This document shows positions 15,001 to 30,000 of a stretch of 64,000 bases of DNA, in pieces. Location of the stretch: assembly GCF_009914755.1 (NCBI RefSeq), contig NC_060948.1; one strand, 5' to 3'. The notes under the pieces were generated by a model that saw only the letters and a list, made by a program, of their open reading frames with translations, was not told the DNA's origin and made no database searches. Each line of letters opens with the position of its first letter. Within the stretch, counting starts at the first letter, position 1. Origin of the DNA: the human T2T-CHM13v2.0 reference genome, Homo sapiens. The translations under genes were made by a program, and so were the position numbers.

Positions 15001-18000
15001 AATCTAATGGAATGGAATTAAATGGAAATGAATCAAATTGAATAGCACGGAATTGAATTGAATGGAATCGAATGCAATGGAATCTAATGAAACGGAAAGG
15101 AAAGGAATGCAATGGAATGGAATGGGCTGGAATGGAAAGGAATCGAAACGAATGGAATGGAATCGAACTGAAGAGACTGGAATGGAATGCACTGGAATGG
15201 AAGGGAGTGTAATGGAAGGTTCTCGAAAAAAATGGAATCGAATGGAATGGAATTGAATGGAACGGAATAGAGTCGAATGGAATTGAATGGAATGGAATGG
15301 ACTAGAGTGAAATGGAATCGAACCAAAAGGAATGGAGAGGAATAGAATGGTCTCGAATTGAATGGAATCGTATGGAATGGCATCAAACGGAATGGAATGG
15401 ACAGCCACGGAATGGAATGCACTCGAATGCAATGGAGTCGAAACTAATGGACTGGAATAGAATGGACTCGACTGGTACGGACTCCAATGGAAGGGAATCG
15501 AACGGAAGGGAATCGAACGGAATGGACTCGAAGGGAAAAGACTGCAATGGAAAGGTCTCGAATGGAATGGAAATTAATGGAATGGAATGGAATCGAATGA
15601 AATGGAGTCAAAAGGAATGGAATCGAATGGCAAGAAATCGAATGTAATGGAATCGCAAGGAATTGATGTGAACGGAACGGAATGGAATGGAATCCAAAGG
15701 AATGGAATAGAATGGAATGGAATCGAATGGAAAGGACTCGAATGGAAATCACTCGAATAGAATGCAATTTAATAAAATAGGATCAAATGTAATGGAATGG
15801 AATGGAAAGGAATCGAAACGAAAGGAATGGAGACAGATGGAATGGAATGGAACAGAGAGCAATGGTATAGAATGGAATGGAATCATCTGGAATGGAATTG
15901 AATGGAATGGAATAATATGAAATGGAATGGAATGGAATGGAATGGAATGCCCTTGAATTAAATGGACTGGAATGGAATGGACTCGAACAGAGTGGAATGG
16001 AAAGTGTTGAGATAGAATGGAATGGACTCCTTTGGAATGGTGTAGTATGCAATGCAATCGACTGGCAGGGAATCAAAAGGAATGTAATCGAATGGATTGG
16101 ACTGGAATGCAATGGACTCGAATAGATTGGAAACGGAATGCAAAGGAATGGAATGGAATAGTATGGAATGGAATGGAAAGGAATGGAGTGGAATAGACTA
16201 GAGTGGAATGGAATGGACTGGAAAGCAATGGACTGGAATGGAACTTTCTTGAATGGACTGGAATCAAACGGAATGGAATGCAATGCAATCAAATGGCATG
16301 GAATAAAATAGAATGAAAGAGAATCAAATGGAATTGAATCGAATGGAATCGAATGGATTGGAAAGGAATAGAATGGAATGGAATTGACTCAAATGGAATG
16401 GACTAGAATGGAATGGATTCGAATGGAAGGCAAAGGAATGGAATCTATTGGAATGGACTGTAATGGAATGGAATGGAAGGGATTGGAATGGACTCGAATG
16501 GAATGGACTGCAATAGAAAGGATTCGAATGGAATGAAAAAGAATTGAATGGAATAGAACAGAATGGAATCAAATCGAATGAAATGGAATGGAATAGAAAG
16601 GAATGGAATGAAATGGAATGGAAAGGATTCGAATGGAATGCAATCGAATGGAATGGAATCGAACGGAATGGAATAAAATGGAAGAAAACTGGCAAGAAAT
16701 GGAATCGAAATGAATGGAGTGTTATGGAACAGACTCAAAAGGAATTGAATGTAATAGAATGGAGTGGAGTGGACTCGAATATAATGGACTGGAATGGAAT
16801 GAAATCACATGGAATGGGAACGAATGGAATGGAATGGAAAGGAATGGAATCGAATGGAAAGGAATCGAATGGAAGGGAATGAAATTGAATCAACAGGAAT
16901 GGAAGGGAATAGAATAGACGGTAATGGAATGGACTCGAATAGAATGGACACGAATGCTCAAATTGAATGGACTCGAATGGAATGGAAACGAAAGGAATGT
17001 CATCGAATGGAATTGAATCGATTGGAATGAAATCGCGTAGAATGGAGTGGAATCAAATGGAATTGAATCGAAAGGAAAGGAAGCGAATGGACTGAAATGA
17101 AATGGAATGGAATTGAATGGAAAGTAATGCAATGGAATAGAATGGAACGAAATTTCACGGAATGGAATCAAACTGAATGGAATCAAATCAATGGAATCTA
17201 ATCAAACGGAATGGAAAGGAATTGAATGGAGTAGATTGGATTGGATGGGATTGGAATGAAATGTACTGGAAAGGACTCGAATTTCATGAAACGGAATGGA
17301 ATGAATTGGAACGGAACGGACTCGAATGGAATGGAATGTCATGGAATGGCATCAAATGGAATGGCATCAAATGGAATGGAATCGAATGCAATGGAATGCT
17401 ATGGAATGGAATGGAATGCATTGGAATGGAATGTCCTCAAATGGAATGGATTCGAGTGGAATGGAATCGAATATAATGGAGTCGAATGAAATGGAATTGA
17501 AAGGAATGGGATCGAATAGAATGGAATATACTGAAATGTAATGTAATGAACTCGAATGTAATTGACTGGAATGGAATGTACATGAATGGAATGTAATCGA
17601 ATGGAAAGTAATCCAATGGAATAGAATCTAATGCAATAAAACCGACTCAGATAGAGTAGAATGTAGTGGAATGGAGTGCAGTGCAATGGAATGGAATGGA
17701 ATTGAATGCAATGGAATGGAATGGAATGGAATGGAATGGAATGGAATGGAATGGGATGGAATGGTATGGAATGGATAGTAATGGACTGGAGTGAAATGGA
17801 CTGGAAAGGAATGGACTCAAATTGAAAGGGCTCGAAAGGAATGGAGTCAAATGGAATGGTCTGGAATGGAATGAAAACGAATGTAATGCAATCCAATAGA
17901 ATGGAAACGAATGGCATGGAATATAAAGAAATGGAATCGAAGAGAATGGAAACAAATGGAATGGAATTGAATGGAATGGAATTGAATGGAATGGGAACGA

Positions 18001-21000
18001 ATGGAGTGAAATTGTATGCAGTAGAAGGGAATAGAATGGAATGCAAGCGAAAGGAAAGGAATGGATTGGAATGGAATGGAATTCATTGGAATGGAAGGGA
18101 ATGTAGTGTAATGGACAGGCCTGGAATAAAGTGGAATGCTACGGTCTCGAATGGAATAAAAATGTATGGAATGGAATGCAATGAAACGGAATCGAATGTC
18201 ATAGAATGTAATGGAATGCAACAAAATGGAATCCAAAATCATTGACTGGAAAGGCTGGGTGTCGAAAGGAATTGACTCCAATGGAATGGAATCGAATGGA
18301 ATGGAAGTGAATAGAATCGAACTAAATCGAATGGAATGGAATTGATAGGAACGGAATGGAAAGGAATGCAATGATTTGGCATGGAATGGAATCGAATGGC
18401 ATCGAATGGAATGGAATGGAATGCAATGGAATGGAATGTATTAGAATGTAATGAACTTTAATGGAATGTACTCGAATGGATTCGACTGGAATGGAATGTT
18501 CTGGAAGTGAATGGACTCCAATGGAATGGATTCAAAACGAATGGAATCGTACGGAATGGAATCTAATGGAATGGAATTAAATGGAAATGAATCAAATTGA
18601 ATAGCACGGAATTGAATTGAATGGAATCGAATGCAATGGAATCTAATGAAACGGAAAGGAAAGGAATGCAATGGAATGGAATGGGCTGGAATGGAAAGGA
18701 ATCGAAACGAATGGAATGGAATCGAACTGAAGAGACTGGAATGGAATGCACTGGAATGGAAGGGAGTGTAATGGAAGGTTCTCGAAAAAAATGGAATCGA
18801 ATGGAATGGAATTGAATGGAACGGAATAGAGTCGAATGGAATTGAATGGAATGGAATGGACTAGAGTGAAATGGAATCGAACCACAAGGAATGGAGAGGA
18901 ATAGAATGGTCTCGAATTGAATGGAATCGTATGGAATGGCATCAAACGGAATGGAATGGACAGCCACGGAATGGAATGCACTCGAATGCAATGGAGTCGA
19001 AACTAATGGACTGGAATAGAATGGACTCGACTGGTACGGACTCCAATGGAAGGGAATCGAACGGAAGGGAATCGAACGGAATGGACTCGAAGGGAAAAGA
19101 CTGCAATGGAAACGTCTCGAATGGAATGGAAATTAATGGAATGGAATGGAATCGAATGAAATGGAGTCAAAAGGAATGGAATCGAATGGCAAGAAATCGA
19201 ATGTAATGGAATCGCAAGGAATTGATGTGAACGGAACGGAATGGAATGGAATCCAAAGGAATGGAATAGAATGGAATGGAATCGAATGGAAAGGACTCGA
19301 ATGGAAATCACTCGAATAGAATGCAATTTAATAAAATAGGATCAAATGTAATGGAATGGAATGGAAAGGAATCGAAACGAAAGGAATGGAGACAGATGGA
19401 ATGGAATGGAATGGAACAGAGAGCAATGGTATAGAATGGAATGGAATCATCTGGAATGGAATTGAATGGAATGGAATAATATGAAATGGAATGGAATGGA
19501 ATGGAATGGAATGCCCTTGAATTAAATGGACTGGAATGGAATGGACTCGAACAGAGTGGAATGGAAAGTGTTGAGATAGAATGGAATGGACTCGTTTGGA
19601 ATGGTCTAGTATGCAATGCAATCGACTGGCAGGGAATCAAAAGGAATGTAATCGAATGGATTGGACTGGAATGCAATGGACTCGAATAGATTGCAAACGG
19701 AATGCAAAGGAATGGAATGGAATAGTATGGAATGGAATGGAAAGGAATGGAGTGGAATAGACTAGAGTGGAATGGAATGGACTGGAAAGCAATGGACTGG
19801 AATGGAACTTTCTTGAATGGACTGGAATCAAACGGAATGGAATGCAATGCAATCAAATGGCATGGAATAAAATAGAATGAAAGAGAATCAAATGGAATTG
19901 AATCGAATGGAATCGAATGGATTGGAAAGGAATAGAATGGAATGGAATGGAATGGACTAGAATGGAATGGATTCGAATGGAAGGCAAAGGAATGGAATCT
20001 ATTGGAATGGACTGTAATGGAATGGAATGGAAGGGATTGGAATGGACTCGAATGGAATGGACTGCAATAGAAAGGATTCGAATGGAATGAAAAAGAATTG
20101 AATGGAATAGAACAGAATGGAATCAAATCGAATGAAATGGAATGGAATAGAAAGGAATGGAATGAAATGGAATGGAAAGGATTCGAATGGAATGCAATCG
20201 AATGGAATGGAATCGAACGGAATGGAATAAAATGGAAGAAAACTGGCAAGAAATGGAATCGAAATGAATGGAGTGTTATGGAACGGACTCAAAAGGAATT
20301 GAATGTAATAGAATGGAGTGGAGTGGACTCGAATATAATGGACTGGAATGGAATGAAATCACATGGAATGGGAACGAATGGAATGGAATGGAAAGGAATG
20401 GAATCGAATGGAAAGGAATCGAATGGAAGGGAATGAAATTGAATCAACAGGAATGGAAGGGAATAGAATAGACGGTAATGGAATGGACTCGAATAGAATG
20501 GACACGAATGCTCAAATTGAATGGACTCGAATGGAATGGAAACGAAAGGAATGTCATCGAATGGAATTGAATCGATTGGAATGAAATCGCATAGAATGGA
20601 GTGGAATCAAATGGAATTGAATCGAAAGGAAAGGAAGCGAATGGACTGAAATGAAATGGAATGGAATTGAATGGAAAGTAATGCAATGGAATAGAATGGA
20701 ACGAAATTTCACGGAATGGAATCAAACTGAATGGAATCAAATCAATGGAATCCAATCAAATGGAATGGAGTAGATTGGATTGGATGGGATTGGAATGAAA
20801 TGTACTGGAAAGGACTCGAATTTCATGAAACGGAATGGAATGAATTGGAACGGAATGGACTCGAATGGAATGGAATGTCATAGAATGGCATCAAATGGAA
20901 TGGCATCAAATGGAATGGAATCGAATGCAATGGAATGCTATGGAATGGAATGGAATGCATTGGAATGGAATGTCCTCTAATGGAATGGATTCGAGTGGAA

Positions 21001-24000
21001 TGGAATCGAATATAATGGAGTCGAATGAAATGGAATTGAAAGGAATGGGATCGAATACAATGGAATATACTGGAATGTAATGTAATGAACTCGAATGTAA
21101 TTGACTGGAATGGAATGTACATGAATGGAATGTAATCGAATGGAAAGTAATCCAATGGAATAGAATCTAATGCAATAAAATCGACTCAGATAGAGTAGAA
21201 TGTAATGGAATGGAGTGCAGTGCAATGGAATGGAATGGAATGGAATGCAATGGAATGGAATGGAATGGAATGGAATGGAATGGAATGGGATGGAATGGTA
21301 TGGAATGGATGGTAATGGACTGGAGTGAAATGGACTGGAAAGGAATGGACTCAAATTGAAAGGGCTGGAAAGGAATGGAGTCAAATGGAATGGTCTGGAA
21401 TGGAATGAACACGAAAGTAATGCAATCCAATAGAATGGAATCGAATGGCATGGAATATAATGAAATGGAATCGAAGAGAATGGAAACAAATGGAATGGAA
21501 TTGAATGGAATGGAATTGAATGGAATGGGAACGAATGGAGTGAAATTGTATGCAGTAGAAGGGAATAGAATGGAATGCAAGCGAAAGGAAAGGAATGGAT
21601 TGGAATGGAATGGAATTCATTGGAATGTAAGGGAATGTAGTGTAATGGACAGGCCTGGAATAAAGTGGAATGCTACGGTCTCGAATGGAATAAAAATGTA
21701 TGGAATGGAATGCATTGAAACGGAATCGAACGTCATAGAATGTAATGGAATGCAAAAAAATGGAATCCAAAATCATTGACTGGAAAGGCTGGGTGTCGAA
21801 AGGAATTGACTCCAATGGAATGGAATCGAATGGAATGGAAGTGAATAGAATCGAACTAAATCGAATGGAATGGAATTGATAGGAACGGAATGGAAAGGAA
21901 TGCAATGATTTGGCACGGAATGGAATCGAATGGCATCGAACGGAATGGAATGGAATGCAATTGAATGGAACGTATTAGAATGTAATGAACTTTAATGGAA
22001 TGTACTCGAATGGATTCGACTGGAATGGAATGTTCTGGAAGTGAATGGACTCCAATGGAATGGATTCAAAAGGAATGGAATCGTACGGAATGGAATCTAA
22101 TGGAATGGAATTAAATGGAAATGAATCAAATTGAATAGCATGGAATTGAATTGAATGGAATCGAATGCAATGGAATCTAATGAAACGGAAAGGAAAGGAA
22201 TGGAATGGAATGGAATGGGCTGGAATGGAAAGGAATCGAAACGAATGGAATGGAATCGAACTGACGAGACTGGAATGGAATGCACTGGAATGGAAGGGAG
22301 TGTAATGGAAGGTTCTCGAAAAAAATGGAATCGAATGGAATGGAATTGAATGGAACGGAATAGAGTCGAATGGAATTGAATGGAATGGAATGGACTAGAG
22401 TGAAATGGAATCGAACCACAAGGAATGGAGAGGAATAGAATGGTCTCGAATTGAATGGAATCGTATGGAATGGCATCAAACGGAATGGAATGGACAGCCA
22501 CGGAATGGAATGCACTCGAATGCAATGGAGTCGAAACTAATGGACTGGAATAGAATGGATTCGACTGGTACGGACACCAATGGAATGGAATCGAATGGAA
22601 GGGAATCGAACGGAATGGACTCGAAGGGAAAAGACTGCAATGGAAAGGTCTCGAATGGAATGGAAATTAATGGAATGGAATGGAATCGAATGAAATGGAG
22701 TCAAAAGGAATGGAATCGAATGGCAAGAAATCGAATGTAATGGAATCGCAAGGAATTGATGTGAACGGAACGGAATGGAATGGAATCCAAAGGAATGGAA
22801 TAGAATGGAATGGAATCGAATGGAAAGGACTCGAATGGAAATCACTCGAATAGAATGCAATTTAATAAAATAGGATCAAATGTAATGGAATGGAATGGAA
22901 AGGAATCGAAACGAAAGGAATGGAGACAGATGGAATGGAATGGAACAGAGAGCAATGGTATAGAATGGAATGGAATCATCTGGAATGGAATTGAATGGAA
23001 TGGAATAATATGAAATGGAATGGAATGGAATGGAATGGAATGCCCTTGAATTAAATGGACTGGAATGGAATGGACTCGAACAGAGTGGAATGGAAAGTGT
23101 TGAGATAGAATGGAATGGACTCGTTTGGAATGGTGTAGTATGCAATGCAATCGACTGGCAGGGAATCAAAAGGAATGTAATGGAATGGATTGGACTGGAA
23201 TGCAATGGACTCGAATAGATTGCAAACGGAATGCAAAGGAATGGAATGGAATAGTATGGAATGGAATGGAAAGGAATGGAGTGGAATAGACTAGAGTGGA
23301 ATGGAATGAACTGGAAAGCAATAGACTGGAATGGAACTTTCTTGAATGGACTGGAATCAAACGGAATGGAATGCAATGCAATCAAATGGCATGGAATAAA
23401 ATAGAATGAAAGAGAATCAAATGGAATTGAATCGAATGGAATCGAATGGATTGGAAAGGAATAGAATGGAATGGAATGGAATGGACTAGAATGGAATGGA
23501 TTCGAATGGAAGGCAAAGGAATGGAATCTATTGGAATGGACTGTAATGGAATGGAATGGAAGGGATTGGAATGGACTCTAATGGAATGGACTGCAATAGA
23601 AAGGATTCGAATGGAATGAAAAAGAATTGAATGGAATAGAACAGAATGGAATCAAATCGAATGAAATGGAATGGAATAGAAAGGAATGGAATGAAATGGA
23701 ATGGAAAGGATTCGAATGGAATGCAATCGAATGGAATGGAATCGAACGGTATGGAATAAAATGGAAGAAAACTGGCAAGAAATGGAATCGAAATGAATGG
23801 AGTGTTATGGAACGGACTCAAAAGGAATTGAATGTAATAGAATGGAGTGGAGTGGACTCGAATATAATGGACTGGAATGGAATGAAATCACATGGAATGG
23901 GAACGAATGGAATGGAATGGAAAGGAATGGAATCGAATGGAATCGAATTGAATGGAATCGAATGGAAGGGAATGAAATTGAATCAACAGGAATGGAAGGG

Positions 24001-27000
24001 AATAGAATAGACGGTAATGGAATGGACTCGAATAGAATGGACACGAATGCTCAAATTGAATGGACTCGAATGGAATGGAAACGAAAGGAATGTCATCGAA
24101 TGGAATTGAATCGATTGGAATGAAATCGCATAGAATGGAGTGGAATCAAATGGAATTGAATCGAAAGGAAAGGAAGCGAATGGACTGAAATGAAATGGAA
24201 TGGAATTGAATGGAAAGTTATGTAATAGAATAGAATGGAACGAAATTTCACGGAATGGAATCAAACTGAATGGAATCAAATCAATGGAATCAAATCAAAT
24301 GGAATGGAAAGGAATTGAATGGAGTAGATTGGATTGGATGGGATTGGAATGAAATGTACTGGAAAGGACTCGAATTTCATGAAACGGAATGCAATGAATT
24401 GGAACGGAACGGACTCGACTGGAATGGAATGTCATGGAATGGCATCAAATGGAATGGCATCAAATGGAATGGAATCGAATGCAATGGAATGCTATGGAAT
24501 GGAATGGAATGCATTGGAATGGAATGTCCTCTAATGGAATGGATTCGAGTGGAATGGAATCGAATATAATGGAGTCGAATGAAATGGAATTGAAAGGAAT
24601 GGGATCGAATACAATGGAATATACTGGAATGTAATGTAATGAACTCGAATGTAATTGACTGGAGTGGAATGTACATGCATGGAATGTAATCGAATGGAAA
24701 GTAATCCAATGGAATAGAATCTAATGCAATAAAATCGACTCAGATAGAGTAGAATGTAATGGAATGGAGTGCAGTGCCATGGAATGGAATGGAATGGAAT
24801 GCAATGGAATGGAATGGAATGCAATGGAATGGAATGGAATGGAATGGAATGGGATGGAATGGTGTGGAATGGATAGTAATGGACTGGAGTGAAATGGACT
24901 GGAAAGGAATGGACTCAAATTGAAAGGGCTCGAAAGGAATGGAGTCAAATGGAATGGTCTGGAATGGAATGAACACGAATGTAATGCAATCCAATAGAAT
25001 GGAATCGAATGGCATGGAATATAAAGAAATGGAATCGAAGAGAATGGAAACAAATGGAATGGAATTGAATGGAATGGAATTGAATGGAATGGGAACGAAT
25101 GGAGTGAAATTGTATGCAGTAGAAGGGAATAGAATGGAATGCAAGCGAAAGGAAAGGAATGGATTGGAATGGAATGGAATTCATTGGAATGGAAGGGAAT
25201 GTAGTGTAATGGACAGGCCTGGAATAAAGTGGAATGCTACGGTCTCGAATGGAATAAAAATGTATGGAATGGAATGCAATGAAACGGAATCGAATGTCAT
25301 AGAATGTAATGGAATGCAAAAAAATGGAATCCAAAATCATTGACTGGAAAGGCTGGGTGTCGAAAGGAATTGACTCCAATGGAATGGAATTGAATGGAAT
25401 GGAAGTGAATAGAATCGAACTAAATCGAATGGAATGGAATTGATAGGAACGGAATGGAAAGGAATGCAATGATTTGGCATGGAATGGAATCGAATGGCAT
25501 CGAACGGAATGGAATGGAATGCAATTGAATGGAACGTATTAGAATGTAATGAACTTTAATGGAATGTACTCGAATGGATTCGACTGGAATGGAATGTTCT
25601 GGAAGTGAATGGACTCCAATGGAATGGATTCAAAAGGAATGGAATCGTACGGAATGGAATCTAATGGAATGGAATTAAATGGAAATGAATCAAATTGAAT
25701 AGCATGGAATTGAATTGAATGGAATCGAATGCAATGGAATCTAATGAAACGGAAAGGAAAGGAATGGAATGGAATGGAATGGGCTGGAATGGAAAGGAAT
25801 CGAAACGAATGGAATGGAATCGAACTGACGAGACTGGAATGGAATGCACTGGAATGGAAGGGAGTGTAATGGAAGGTTCTCGAAAAAAATGGAATCGAAT
25901 GGAATGGAATTGAATGGAACGGAATAGAGTCGAATGGAATTGAATGGAATGGAATGGACTAGAGTGAAATGGAATCGAACCACAAGGAATGGAGAGGAAT
26001 AGAATGGTCTCGAATTGAATGGAATCGTATGGAATGGCATCAAACGGAATGGAATGGACAGCCACGGAATGGAATGCACTCGAATGCAATGGAGTCGAAA
26101 CTAATGGACTGGAATAGAATGGATTCGACTGGTACGGACACCAATGGAATGGAATCGAATGGAAGGGAATCGAACGGAATGGACTCGAAGGGAAAAGACT
26201 GCAATGGAAAGGTCTCGAATGGAATGGAAATTAATGGAATGGAATGGAATCGAATGAAATGGAGTCAAAAGGAATGGAATCGAATGGCAAGAAATCGAAT
26301 GTAATGGAATCGCAAGGAATTGATGTGAACGGAACGGAATGGAATGGAATCCAAAGGAATGGAATAGAATGGAATGGAATCGAATGGAAAGGACTCGAAT
26401 GGAAATCACTCGAATAGAATGCAATTTAATAAAATAGGATCAAATGTAATGGAATGGAATGGAAAGGAATCGAAACGAAAGGAATGGAGACAGATGGAAT
26501 GGAATGGAACAGAGAGCAATGGTATAGAATGGAATGGAATCATCTGGAATGGAATTGAATGGAATGGAATAATATGAAATGGAATGGAATGGAATGGAAT
26601 GGAATGCCCTTGAATTAAATGGACTGGAATGGAATGGACTCGAACAGAGTGGAATGGAAAGTGTTGAGATAGAATGGAATGGACTCGTTTGGAATGGTGT
26701 AGTATGCAATGCAATCGACTGGCAGGGAATCAAAAGGAATGTAATGGAATGGATTGGACTGGAATGCAATGGACTCGAATAGATTGCAAACGGAATGCAA
26801 AGGAATGGAATGGAATAGTATGGAATGGAATGGAAAGGAATGGAGTGGAATAGACTAGAGTGGAATGGAATGAACTGGAAAGCAATAGACTGGAATGGAA
26901 CTTTCTTGAATGGACTGGAATCAAACGGAATGGAATGCAATGCAATCAAATGGCATGGAATAAAATAGAATGAAAGAGAATCAAATGGAATTGAATCGAA

Positions 27001-30000
27001 TGGAATCGAATGGATTGTAAAGGAATAGAATGGAATGGAATGGAATTGACTCAAATGGAATGGACTAGAATGGAATGGATTCGAATGGAAGGCAAAGGAA
27101 TGGAATCTATTGGAATGGACTGTAATGGAATGGAATGGAAGGGATTGGAATGGACTCGAATGGAATGGACTGCAATAGAAAGGATTCGAATGGAATGAAA
27201 AAGAATTGAATGGAATAGAACAGAATGGAATCAAATCGAATGAAATGGAATGGAATAGAAAGGAATGGAATGAAATGGAATGGAAAGGATTCGAATGGAA
27301 TGCAATCGAATGGAATGGAATCGAACGGAATGGAATAAAATGGAAGAAAACTGGCAAGAAATGGAATCGAAATGAATGGAGTGTTATGGAACGGACTCAA
27401 AAGGAATTGAATGTAATAGAATGGAGTGGAGTGGACTCGAATATAATGGACTGGAATGGAATGAAATCACATGGAATGGGAACGAATGGAATGGAATGGA
27501 AAGGAATGGAATCGAATGGAAAGGAATCGAATGGAAGGGAATGAAATTGAATCAACAGGAATGGAAGGGAATAGAATAGACGGTAATGGAATGGACTCGA
27601 ATTGAATGGACACGAATGCTCAAATTGAATGGACTCGAATGGAATGGAAACGAAAGGAATGTCATCGAATGGAATTGAATCGATTGGAATGAAATCGCAT
27701 AGAATGGAGTGGAATCAAATGGAATTGAATCGAAAGGAAAGGAAGCGAATGGACTGAAATGAAATGGAATGGAATTGAATGGAAAGTAATGCAATGGAAT
27801 AGAATGGAACGAAATTTCACGGAATGGAATCAAACTGAATGGAATCAAATCAATGGAATCTAATCAAATGGAATGGAAAGGAATTGAATGGAGTAGATTG
27901 GATTGGATGGGATTGGAATGAAATGTACTGGAAAGGACTCGAATTTCATGAAACGGAATGGAATGAATTGGAACGGAATGGACTCGAATGGAATGGAATG
28001 TCATGGAATGGCATCAAATGGAATGGCATCAAATGGAATGGAATCGAATGCAATGGAATGCTATGGAATGGAATGGAATGCATTGGAATGGAATGGATTC
28101 GAGTGGAATGGAATCGAATATAATGGAGTCGAATGAAATGGAATTGAAAAGAATGGGATCGAATACAATGGAATATACTGGAATGTAATGTAATGAACTC
28201 GAATGTAATTGACTGGAATGGAATGTACATGAATGGAATGTAATCGAATGGAAAGTAATCCAATGGAATAGAAACTAATGCAATAAAATCGACTAAAATA
28301 GAGTAGAATGTAATGGAATGGAGTGCAGTGCAATGGAATGGAATGGAATGGAATGCAATGGAATGGAATGGATTGGAATGGAATGGGATGGAATGGTGTG
28401 GAATGGATAGTAATGGACTGGTGTGAAATGGACTGGAAAGGAATGGACTCAAATTGAAAGGGCTCGAAAGGAATGGAGTCAAATGGAATGGTCTGGAATG
28501 GAATGAACACGAATGTAATGCAATCCAATAGAATGGAATCGAATGGCATGGAATATAAAGAAATGGAATCGAAGAGAATGGAAACAAATGGAATGGAATT
28601 GAATGGAATGGAATTGAATGGAATGGGAACGAATGGAGTGAAATTGTGTGCAGTAGAAGAGAATAGAATGGAATGCAAGTGAAAGGAAAGGAATGGATTG
28701 GAATGGAATGGAATTCATTGGAATGGAAGGGAATGTAGTGTAATGGACAGGCCTGGAATAAAGTGGAATGCTACGGTCTCGAATGGAATAAAAATGTATG
28801 GAATGGAATGCAATGAAACGGAATCGAATGTCATAGAATGTAATGGAATGCAAAAAAATGGAATCCAGAATCATTGACTGGAAAGGCTGGGTGTCGAAAG
28901 GAATTGACTCCAAGGGAATGGAATCGAATGGAATGGAAGTGAATAGAATCGAACTAAATCGAATGGAATGGAATTGATAGGAACGGAATGGAAAGGAATG
29001 CAATGATTTGGCATGGAATGGAATCGAATGGCATCGAATGGAATGGAATGGAATGCAATGGAATGGAATGTATTAGAATGTAATGAACTTTAATGGAATG
29101 TACTCGAATGGATTCGACTGGAATGGAATGTTCTGGAAGTGAATGGACTCCAATGGAATGGATTCAAAAGGAATGGAATCGTACGGAATGGAATCTAATG
29201 GAATGGAATTAAATGGAAATGAATCAAATTGAATAGCACGGAATTGAATTGAATGGAATCGAATGCAATGGAATCTAATGAAACGGAAAGGAAAGGAATG
29301 GAATGGAATGGAATGGGCTGGAATGGAAAGGAATCGAAACGAATGGAATGGAATCGAACTGAAGAGACTGGAATGGAATGCACTGGAATGGAAGGGAGTG
29401 TAATGGAAGGTTCTCGAAAAAAATGGAATCGAATGGAATGGAATTGAATGGAACGGAATAGAGTCGAATGGAATTGAATGGAATGGAATGGACTAGAGTG
29501 AAATGGAATCGAACCACAAGGAATGGACAGGAATAGAATGGTCTCGAATTGAATGGAATCGTATGGAATGGCATCAAACGGAATGGAATGGACAGCCACG
29601 GAATGGAATGCACTCGAATGCAATGGAGTCGAAACTAATGGACTGGAATAGAATGGACTCGACTGGTACGGACTGCAATGGAATGGAATCGAATGGAAGG
29701 GAATCGAACGGAATGGACTCGAAGGGAAAAGACTGCAATGGAAAGGTCTCGAATGGAATGGAAATTAATGGAATGGAATGGAATCGAATGAAATGGAGTC
29801 AAAAGGAATGGAATCGAATGGCAAGAAATCGAATGTAATGGAATCGCAAGGAATTGATGTGAACGGAACGGAATGGAATGGAATCCAAAGGAATGGAATA
29901 GAATGGAATGGAATCGAATGGAAAGGACTCGAATGGAAATCACTCGAATAGAATGCAATTTAATAAAATAGGATCAAATGTAATGGAATGGAATGGAAAG

